A stretch of 64,000 nucleotides of DNA from an uncultured delta proteobacterium (GTDB lineage: Bacteria > Myxococcota_A > Polyangia > Polyangiales > Polyangiaceae), in the NCBI GenBank assembly GCA_963782055.1, contig CAWAIF010000003.1:1920001-1984000 (forward strand), written 5' to 3'. Shown one piece after another: positions 21,170-30,368 of this stretch. Both the position numbers and the translations under genes were made by a program. The stretch's first letter is position 1; the number at the start of each line of letters is the position of its first letter. The notes under the pieces were generated by a model. That model did no database searches. It was given only the letters and a program-made list of their open reading frames with translations, and was not told the origin of the DNA.

Positions 21170-22399
21170 TTACACTAACGCGGGAAAGGGCGGGCCCGGC
21201 CTGGCGAGGAGGTACCCCTGGATCCAGTCGCACCCTGCGCCGAGCAGAAAATCCAGCTCCTCGGTGGTCTCGACCCCCTCCGCCACCACCCGGACTCCCA
21301 GATCGTGACAGAGCTGGACGACGATGCCGACGAGCTTCTGCTTGGTCTTCTTCAGGTGTACGTCGCGAATGAGGCCCATGTCGAGCTTCACGACGTCTGG
21401 CTCCAGCGTCGCGAAGCAGGTGAGGCCCGCGTAGCCCGCCCCCAGGTCGTCCAGCGCGACGGCGTAGCCCAGGCCGCGGAGCCGCGCGACGCGCTCCATC
21501 ACGTCGGGGATGGCCTCGATCGACGCACGCTCGGTCAGCTCCAGCACGATGCGCCGCGCGTGCGGGGCGAACCCCTCGGTCCGCGAGTAGAGATCCTCGT
21601 CCAGCAGATCGTGCGGGTGGAGGTTCACGAAGACGAGCGCGTCCTCCGGCGCGCGCGCGAGGTCCTCGGCAATCCGCCGGCGGATGGCGCGTCCCAGCAC
21701 GTGCGTCGCCTGCAGCCGCTCAGCCGCGGCGAGCAGCGCGGGGGGAGTCGGGAGCGCCGGCTCGCGGCTGCGCAGCAGCGCCTCGAAGCCGACGATGCGC
21801 CTCTCGCGAGCGTCCACGATGGGCTGGTAGGCCATGTGGAACGTCTGCAGGGCAGACTGGAACACCCGATACGCCTCCCCGCGGCCCGAGGCCACCTTCT
21901 CCACGCCGCCGACCAGGGCGAGCGCCTCGCGCTTGGCGCGCGCCTCCCGCCCGCTCTTCACCGCCTCGTCCAGCGCGCCGACGAAGGTGAGGCCGTCGAT
22001 GGGCTTGACCAGACAGCGTCGCGCGCCGAGCTCCATCGCCCGCATCGCCGAGGCGAGGCTGGGGTCTCCCGCCATGATGATCACCGGCAGATCCTCCAGC
22101 TCGCGGCGCACGTGCTCGAGCAGGGTGAGGCCGTCGGTGCCCGGCATCGACAGGTCGGTGGACATCGCGTCGAACGTCTGCTCGCGCAGGGCGATCATCG
22201 CGCTCTCGGCGTCGAGGGCGGTCACCACCTCGAAGCCCTTGATCTCCAGCAGCCGGCGGAAGCTCTTGAGCACCGGCTCGTCGTCGTCGACGAGGAGGAT
22301 CCGCGGCCGCGAGGCGGGCTCGCTGGCGGCGTCCACCGGGCGGCTCCTCACGAAGGAGTCGGAGAGGGGGTTTGAAGACAGCTCCTTGGCGGCGATCAC
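21170..22399 (-). CDS. Response regulator receiver + EAL c-di-GMP phosphodiesterase
   Basis: ILLVDDD, TDLSMP, LVKP; EALLR, VNL, LELTE, DDLGAGY, VKLD, AEGVE, QGY. Confidence 0.92.
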   Translation of the reverse strand: MIAAKELSSNPLSDSFVRSRPVDAASEPASRPRILLVDDDEPVLKSFRRLLEIKGFEVVTALDAESAMIALREQTFDAMSTDLSMPGTDGLTLLEHVRRELEDLPVIIMAGDPSLASAMRAMELGARRCLVKPIDGLTFVGALDEAVKSGREARAKREALALVGGVEKVASGRGEAYRVFQSALQTFHMAYQPIVDARERRIVGFEALLRSREPALPTPPALLAAAERLQATHVLGRAIRRRIAEDLARAPEDALVFVNLHPHDLLDEDLYSRTEGFAPHARRIVLELTERASIEAIPDVMERVARLRGLGYAVALDDLGAGYAGLTCFATLEPDVVKLDMGLIRDVHLKKTKQKLVGIVVQLCHDLGVRVVAEGVETTEELDFLLGAGCDWIQGYLLARPGPPFPALV

Positions 22400-22521
22400 G
22401 TGCGGCTCCCATTTCCGGCCGGCAGCTCCGAAGCCACCGGCCTCATGGACATACGACCCGCCAGCGTGGCCGCCTTAGCGGCCCCCCCGTCATTTTGTAA
22501 AGACGAAGGATCTCGCGGGCT

Positions 22522-23343
22522 TCAGGGGACGCTTTCAGACCGGATCGCCGCCATCAGGGCCGCGTGCAGGCCCGGGCTGGAGGCGGTCACCACCTCCGAG
22601 CGGCTCACCGCGTCCGGCCCGCCCGCGTAGTCGGTCACGACGCCCCCCACCTCCTGCACCAGGACGATGCCCGCGGCCATGTCCCAGGGCTGCAGGCCGC
22701 GCTCGAAGAAGGCCTCCCCGCGCCCCGCCGCGACGTAGGCGAAGTCCAGCGCGGCCGCGCCGAGCCGCCGGATGCCGGCGACGCGCTTCATCACGCCGGC
22801 CAGCTCCCGCAGGTAGCGCTCGTGACCATCGCGGCCGAGGTGCGGGACGCCGGTGTGGACGACGGCGTGCTCCAGATCGCCGATGGTGGTGCCGGCGAGG
22901 CGCCTGTCGACCTGGCTGGAGCCCGGCGTCACCCGCCGCACCCACGCCCCCTGCCCGCGCTCGCCCCAGAAGAGCTCGCCCTTGACCGGGTCCAGGATGA
23001 CGCCCGCGGCGGGCCCGGCGTCGTCCCAGAAGGCAATCGAAATCGCCCAGTGCGGGATGCCGTGGAGGAAGTTGGTGGTTCCGTCCAGCGGGTCGATGAC
23101 GAAGCGGGCTCCTGTCGAGATGCGCCCCTCGCTCGTCTCCTCCGCCTGGAAGGGCACCCCCGGGTGGGCGTGGCCGAGCCGCTCCTTGATCACCGCCTCG
23201 GACCCCACGTCGGCCTGCGAGACGAAGTCGGACGGCCCCTTCTCGGAGACCGTGAGCGAGCCCAGCCGGGAGAAGCCGTCGAGCAGCACCGACGAGCCGG
23301 CGAGGGCCGCCTCGATCATGGAACGGATGAGGGAGGAGGGCAT
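22522..23343 (-). CDS. suhB: Inositol monophosphatase
   Basis: DFVSQAD, EE, IDPLDGTTNFLHG, RRLGAAALD, WDMAAG. Confidence 0.92.
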   Translation of the reverse strand: MPSSLIRSMIEAALAGSSVLLDGFSRLGSLTVSEKGPSDFVSQADVGSEAVIKERLGHAHPGVPFQAEETSEGRISTGARFVIDPLDGTTNFLHGIPHWAISIAFWDDAGPAAGVILDPVKGELFWGERGQGAWVRRVTPGSSQVDRRLAGTTIGDLEHAVVHTGVPHLGRDGHERYLRELAGVMKRVAGIRRLGAAALDFAYVAAGRGEAFFERGLQPWDMAAGIVLVQEVGGVVTDYAGGPDAVSRSEVVTASSPGLHAALMAAIRSESVP

Positions 23344-23451
23344 GGGGCGAGGACTTTACTGCGAAAACCGCCAGGCTGTATGCTCCCCCGCCTTGCCCGC
23401 CGTCCCGCCCCCTCGAGCCCGCCGTCCTGCCTGCCCCGCGAGGGAGCCACG

Positions 23452-25986
23452 ATGATCACCCCCGGGCAGCGCGGACCCGGCGAGGGGACGCGGGCGTTCG
23501 TCACCTTCGTGGTGCGCTGGGGGAAGGTGATCTGGGCGCTCGCCCTGATCCTGGCCATCCCCGCCACCTGGCGCACCGTCGAGCTGTACGCCAACCTCAA
23601 GAGCGACCTGGAGGAGCTGCTGCCGCGCGACTCGCCCAGCGTGCTCGCCCTGGACGAGATGCGCGCCCGCAACCCGGGCCTGCAGTACCTGGGCGTGGTC
23701 GTCGACACCGGGACGCCGGACAACCTCGCCGCGGGCGACAAGTTCCTGGACGACCTGGCCGCGCGCATCCGCACCTACCCGCCGGACATGGTGCGCGAGG
23801 TGCGCGTGGGCACGTCGGTGGAGCACGCCTTCATCGACGAGCACGCGCCGCTGTACGTCGACCTTCCCGACCTGAAGATCATCCGCAAGCGCATCGAGGC
23901 GCGCCGCGACTACGAGGTGTCCAACGCGACCGGGGTGTCGCTCGACGACGACGAGCCGCCGCCGAGCATCGACATGTCGGACATCGAGAAGAAGTACGAC
24001 GCGCGCATCGCCCGGCGAGGGCAGGGGGCCGAGGGGGACCGCTTCGCCAGCAAGGACAAGCACCTGACGATGCTCTTCGTCGAGGCGGGCGGCTTCTCCT
24101 CCGGCGCGGACAAGGCGCGTGCCCTGCTCGACCGCGTCAAGGGAGACGTCAACGCCCTCGGGGGCCCCGCCCACTACGCGCCCGGAATGCGCGTCGGCTA
24201 CGCGTCGGACGTCGCCATCTCGGTGGAGGAGCTGGAGGCGCTTCAGGCGGACCTCTCGCTCTCGTCCATCCTCGTCGTCTTCGCGGTGATGGCGGTGATC
24301 GTCATCTACTACCGGTGGTGGAAGGCCATCCCGGTGCTCATCCCGCCGCTCTTGCTCGCGGCGGTCTACGCCTTCGGGCTCGCCTCGCTGCCACCCTTCG
24401 GGGTCACCGAGCTCAACTCCAACACGGCGTTCCTGGGGTCGATCATCGTCGGCAACGGGATCAATTTCGGGCTCATCCTGCTCGCGCGCTACAAGGAAGA
24501 GCGGCGCAAGGGCAAGAGCGTGGACGAGGCGCTGGTCTGGGGCGTCTGGGGCGCGCGCGCGGGCACCCTGGCGGCGGCGCTGGCGGCGGGCGCGTCGTAC
24601 GCCTCGCTCATCATCACCGAGTTCCGCGGCTTCCGGCAGTTCGGCTTCATCGGCGGCCTCGGGATGGTCACCGCGTGGATGACGGCGTTCGTCCTGGTGC
24701 CCCCGCTGCTCAAGTGGATGGACAAGGAGCCGGACGCCGTCGTCGAGACGGGCCCCGACTCCACCCGCTCCGGCGGCAAGCGGCGCTTCAGCGTGATGCG
24801 CTACTTCGTGCACCTGGTGGAGAGCGCGCCGGGCGTGATCGTCGCGGTGACCATCGTGCTGACCGCGCTGTCGGCCTACAAGGTGTCGCGCTTCGACTCG
24901 TCGTACCTGGAGTACGACTTCAACAAGCTGCGCCGCTACGACACCTGGACCAACGGCGAGGGCTACTGGGGCCGCAAGATGGACAACTTGCTCGGCCACT
25001 ACCTCACGCCCACCATCCTGATGTTCGACACCCCCGAGCAGGCGACGGCCGCGGAGAAGCGCATCCGCGACTCCTTCCAGAAGGGGCGGCTCGGCCACTT
25101 CGTCGCCTCGGTCCGGGCGATGGACGATGTGCTGCCGCAGGACCAGGACGCCAAGATCAAGGAGGTGCGCGCCATCCGCGACGCGCTGACGCCGCGTGTG
25201 CGCGCGGCCATCCCCGACGACAAGCGCGCCCGGCTGGACGAGCTGCTGGGCGACGCGCACCTGACCAAGGTCGGGGTGGGGGACCTGCCCTCCACCTTCC
25301 TCACCGGCCTGCGCGAGCGCGACGGCACGGTGGGCCGGCAGGTGCTCGTCTACCCGCGGCCGAGCGAGGAGCTCTGGCACGCCGACGCCATGCACGAGTT
25401 CGTCGGCCTGCTGCGCGATCTCGCCAAGCAGGATGGCGGCAAGGCGGGGCGCGTGGCGGGATCCATCCCGCTGACCTCGGACATCGTGAAGTCCATCGCG
25501 CGCGACGCGCCGATCGCCAGCTTCGCCTCCTTCGCGGGGGTGGTGCTGGTGGTGCTGCTGGTGCTGCGCGCCAACAAGGCCTCGGCGTACGTCATCGGCT
25601 CGCTGGTGGTGGGCGTGCTGTGGATGGCGGCGGCGACGATGGCGCTCGGAGTGCGCGTCAACTTCGCCAACTTCATCGCCTTCCCCATCACCTTCGGGAT
25701 CGGCGTGGACTACGCCGTGAACGTGATGGCGCGCTATGTCCAGGACGGCGGGGGCGACGTGCGCGGCGCGATCCGCTCGACGGGCGGCGCGGTGGCGCTG
25801 TGCTCCACGACCACGATCATCGGCTACTCGTCGCTGCTGCTCGCGAAGACCAGGGCGCTGTTCTACTTCGGACTCGTCGCGGTGATGGGGGAGCTGGCGT
25901 GCATCACGACCGCGGTGATCGCGCTGCCGGCGCTGCTGCTGCTCGTGTCCAGGCTGAGGGGGCAGAAGGCGCAGCCGGAGGCGTGA
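23452..25986 (+). CDS. MMPL/RND-family lipid exporter
   Basis: Two TM repeats with large periplasmic loops; IIVGNGINFG and ITFGIGVDYA motifs. Confidence 0.88.
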   Translation: MITPGQRGPGEGTRAFVTFVVRWGKVIWALALILAIPATWRTVELYANLKSDLEELLPRDSPSVLALDEMRARNPGLQYLGVVVDTGTPDNLAAGDKFLDDLAARIRTYPPDMVREVRVGTSVEHAFIDEHAPLYVDLPDLKIIRKRIEARRDYEVSNATGVSLDDDEPPPSIDMSDIEKKYDARIARRGQGAEGDRFASKDKHLTMLFVEAGGFSSGADKARALLDRVKGDVNALGGPAHYAPGMRVGYASDVAISVEELEALQADLSLSSILVVFAVMAVIVIYYRWWKAIPVLIPPLLLAAVYAFGLASLPPFGVTELNSNTAFLGSIIVGNGINFGLILLARYKEERRKGKSVDEALVWGVWGARAGTLAAALAAGASYASLIITEFRGFRQFGFIGGLGMVTAWMTAFVLVPPLLKWMDKEPDAVVETGPDSTRSGGKRRFSVMRYFVHLVESAPGVIVAVTIVLTALSAYKVSRFDSSYLEYDFNKLRRYDTWTNGEGYWGRKMDNLLGHYLTPTILMFDTPEQATAAEKRIRDSFQKGRLGHFVASVRAMDDVLPQDQDAKIKEVRAIRDALTPRVRAAIPDDKRARLDELLGDAHLTKVGVGDLPSTFLTGLRERDGTVGRQVLVYPRPSEELWHADAMHEFVGLLRDLAKQDGGKAGRVAGSIPLTSDIVKSIARDAPIASFASFAGVVLVVLLVLRANKASAYVIGSLVVGVLWMAAATMALGVRVNFANFIAFPITFGIGVDYAVNVMARYVQDGGGDVRGAIRSTGGAVALCSTTTIIGYSSLLLAKTRALFYFGLVAVMGELACITTAVIALPALLLLVSRLRGQKAQPEA

Positions 25987-26309
25987 AGGGCGGGCGCACC
26001 GAGAAGACCCGCTGAAGGCGTGGATGTGCGTGAGTGCCGCCTCGCAGGGCGCCGGCACGGGTCACCTTGCCTACCGGTTGTCGGTCCGCGGACTGGAAGA
26101 CTTCCGCTCCCTGTCGGCGGCGCCCCCGGGCGCGGACGTGGCCTATGACATCACGCTGGGGAAGCAGATCGCCGGCCTTCGCCTCGTGGGCGGCTCCCTG
26201 GAGCTGCTCGATGCCACCCCGCCCGGCGCGGGAGTGTGCACGGTGCACGTGACGTGGGACAATCAGGGCGTGGCCTTCGTGGACACGAGCAACCACGCCC
26301 ACTGCCTCG

Positions 26310-26780
26310 CGGGCCGGCACGACGACGGCCTTCTACTCCGGCGACATCACGGCTTCCGGCGACTGGGAGGATTGCATCAAGGATGACGCCCTCATCCAGA
26401 TCGGGTGGTATTGCTACAACTCAAGCGGGACACTCCACGAGGTGGGGTTGCTCAGGGCAAATGATTGGGGTCTGTACGACATGCTCGGTAACTCGATCGA
26501 GTGGGTGCAAGATGGCTACCACGACCTGCCGGCCGACCCCGTAACCGACCCATACACGCCACAGCCTGGGTACGAGGCGACCAGTCGAGGTGGGGCATAC
26601 ACGCTTTGGGCGAGCAGGGAACGCGCGGCGAGTCGGAGCTTGGCGCCGCCGTTTGCACTTTCCGGCTTCCGTCTCGCGCGAACCCTCGCGTCCGGTGAAG
26701 ACGCCGGACCTGACCCGTTCCCCGACGCCGGCTACGACTGGGAGGCGGGGGCGAGTGCGCTGGACGCATCGCCGGAATGA
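26310..26780 (+). pseudogene. 5'-truncated FGE-sulfatase (SUMF1/formylglycine-generating enzyme fold) domain fragment
   Basis: Frame reads RAGTTTAFYSGD...IGWYCYNS..LHEVGLLRANDWGLYDMLGNSIEW..D...RGGAY...GFRLAR. In-frame TGA at 26250-26252; the upstream LPTEAEWE half is absent. Confidence 0.75.
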
Positions 26781-26832
26781 CCGCCCGTGACGGCCTTGGA
26801 GCGTCTGGTCGCCACCCGGCCCCGGCGACCCC

Positions 26833-28152
<1,320 letters not shown>

Positions 28153-28189
28153 GCCGGGCGCCCGGACGAGAATACGTCCTTCGCGGGCG

Positions 28190-29272
28190 TCAGCGGCAAT
28201 CGTAGCGCTGGTAGACGACGCCGTTGTCGGTCATCTCGGCGTGGAGCACGCCCCCGCCGTCCAGCACCACGATCTCCTTGAACGTCTCCTCCGGCATGGT
28301 GTTGGCGGCGAACTGCACGTTGCCCAGCGGGTGCCCGTCGGACTCGGCGAGGCAGTAGAGCAGCACCATGGGGTTCTGGTCGCCGGGGGCGATCTCGCTG
28401 GCGAAGTAGATGACGCCCTGCCTGTCGGAGTCGAGGGCGAGCAGGTTGGCGACGTGCACGCCGAGCAAGAGCTCCCGGGTGAAGAGCGCGTCGCCGGTGG
28501 CGCGGGTGATGGCGCTGACCCACACGCGGCCCGCGGCGGCGTCGGTGATCCCCGCCGAGAGATACAGCTTGCCGTCGCGCGAGGGGCGCCCGGGGATCTC
28601 GCTGCGGTCGCCCGCGTTGCCGCTGGTGTCGCCCAGCTTCACCAGCGGGCCGTGCTCGCGCTCGGCGTAGACGTCGTCGCCGTCGGTGAAGAGGCCGGTG
28701 ACCGCGCCGCCCTCGTCGATGCCCTTGCCTTCGAGCGTCAGCGTCCCGCGGTCCTTGCCGTGCGGGCCGTAGAGGCGGACCTGCCTGTCGCCCAGCCGGT
28801 CCAGCACGGCGACGGTGCCGTCCTTGGCCACCGCGACGTCCTGCGCGCCGTCCAGATCGATGTCGGTGCTGCCCTCCACCGTCCCGTCCGGGCCGACGTG
28901 CACGATGCGGTGGTTGACCTGATCGAGGATGTCCACGCCGCCCTTGCCGTCGGCGGCGAGGCTCATCGGACCCTCCGGGTTGGCCTCCTTCGGGCGCTTG
29001 TGCCCCAGCTCGCCCTTGCCCGATCCCCAGCCGAAGGTGGCGAACTTGCCGCTCGTCGGTGACGGGGAGGTGTCGGCGTCGGCCATCGCCGCCAGCGCGC
29101 TCGTCCCCGTCGCCGGCGTCGAAGGTCGTCCGGCGGGTGGGAGATCGCGCGTGCTTGCGACGGTGCTCGCGACAGGTCGCGAGTCGCGATGAGCCGCCGT
29201 GGATCGCCAGATCCACACGATCACCGCGAGGAGGATCACCGCGGCCACGACGGCGACGACGCGCTTGGGCAT
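28190..29272 (-). CDS. Membrane-anchored hypothetical protein, probable beta-propeller (NHL-like)
   Basis: N-terminal TM, Pro/Thr linker, GPMSLAADGKGGVDILDQVNHRI blade-like repeats. Confidence 0.7.
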   Translation of the reverse strand: MPKRVVAVVAAVILLAVIVWIWRSTAAHRDSRPVASTVASTRDLPPAGRPSTPATGTSALAAMADADTSPSPTSGKFATFGWGSGKGELGHKRPKEANPEGPMSLAADGKGGVDILDQVNHRIVHVGPDGTVEGSTDIDLDGAQDVAVAKDGTVAVLDRLGDRQVRLYGPHGKDRGTLTLEGKGIDEGGAVTGLFTDGDDVYAEREHGPLVKLGDTSGNAGDRSEIPGRPSRDGKLYLSAGITDAAAGRVWVSAITRATGDALFTRELLLGVHVANLLALDSDRQGVIYFASEIAPGDQNPMVLLYCLAESDGHPLGNVQFAANTMPEETFKEIVVLDGGGVLHAEMTDNGVVYQRYDCR

Positions 29273-29406
29273 GGGCGTCACGGTGAGCACAAAGCGGACC
29301 GCCACGCCACACGGAGTTTCGGGGCCAGCTCGTCGGGCGCGCGGCGATCTAGTTGCAGAATACAACTATGATGGCGGTGTGCTCGCCTGTCAGGCGCCTG
29401 CACACA

Positions 29407-29454
29407 TGGCGGTACACCTGCTTCCATGGGATTTTCGCTGGCACGAACCTCGCT
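29407..29454 (+). promoter_or_regulatory. Two candidate sigma54 (-24/-12) promoters
   Basis: TGGCGGTACACCTGCT (29407-29422) and TGGCACGAACCTCGCT (29439-29454) both have GG-N10-GC spacing. Confidence 0.35.
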
Positions 29455-29467
29455 CTAAGAGGTGGCC

Positions 29468-30358
29468 ATGACCTCTCCGCTCCGCCTCGTCGCCGGCGCC
29501 GTCGCCCTCTCGCTGAGCGCCCTGTTCGCGCTGCAGGGTTGTAGCTCGTCGACCGAGTCGTCCGATGGCGGCAACCTGGTGGGCGCGATGGAGTCCGACC
29601 TGGGAGGGTCGGTGAGCTACCCGATCGGGACCACGCTGCAGACCACGGCGAACCTCAACTTTCGCACCGGTCCGTCGACGGGCTACAAGATCCTGCGCGT
29701 CATCCCGCTGGGCGGGCAGGTGGTGACGGTCAACCAGACCTCGTCGAACAACGGCTTCCTCAACGTCAAGTACAGCGGCAGCACCGGCTGGGCGTACGCG
29801 GCGTACCTGCAGCCGGTGAACAACGGCGGTGGTGGTGACGACGCCGGCGGCGGGGGTGGCGACGCCGGCGGCGGCAACACGTCGGGGGCTTCGGGCGCGA
29901 TCGCCCGCGCCAAGGAGGGCGTCGGCTTCTCCTACTGGTGGGGTCACGGCCGCTTCCTCTCCAGCGGGCCGACCTCGTCGAACAAGGGAGCGTGCAGCGG
30001 GAGCTGCCCGAGCTGCTCGCACTCCGGGAGCTACGGCGCGGACTGCTCGGGGTACGTCGCGAAGGCGTGGCAGGTGCCCTCGAGCAACAGCAGCGTCTCC
30101 GTCGATTCGCACCCGTACTCGACGTACAACTTCTACAACCAGACGACGTCGTGGAAGACGGTGTCGCGCGGGTCAATGAAGGCGGCGGACGCGCTGGTGT
30201 ACCGGTCGGGGAGCTCCGGGCACATCCTGATGTACGAGTCGGGCGACGCCTGGGGGAGCCTCTGGAGCTACGAGGCGCGCGGCTGCTCGTACGGCATCGT
30301 CCACAACCTCCGGACCGCCTCGAGCGCGTACAAGGCGATCCGCCGCGACGGGTACTGA
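29468..30358 (+). CDS. Lipoprotein with SH3b domain and NlpC/P60-like cysteine peptidase (peptidoglycan hydrolase)
   Basis: LQGC lipobox; LNFRTGPSTGY...GW (SH3b); YWWG, DCSG (catalytic Cys), GHILMY (His). Confidence 0.85.
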   Translation: MTSPLRLVAGAVALSLSALFALQGCSSSTESSDGGNLVGAMESDLGGSVSYPIGTTLQTTANLNFRTGPSTGYKILRVIPLGGQVVTVNQTSSNNGFLNVKYSGSTGWAYAAYLQPVNNGGGGDDAGGGGGDAGGGNTSGASGAIARAKEGVGFSYWWGHGRFLSSGPTSSNKGACSGSCPSCSHSGSYGADCSGYVAKAWQVPSSNSSVSVDSHPYSTYNFYNQTTSWKTVSRGSMKAADALVYRSGSSGHILMYESGDAWGSLWSYEARGCSYGIVHNLRTASSAYKAIRRDGY

Positions 30359-30368
30359 CGGTTCAGGT

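Noticed and set aside
22522..23343. suhB as a proven member of the cyclitol cluster
   Set aside because: It is separated by four unrelated genes and may be the housekeeping SuhB; treated only as supportive.
26442..26780. Diversity-generating retroelement target
   Set aside because: No reverse transcriptase or template repeat in the window.
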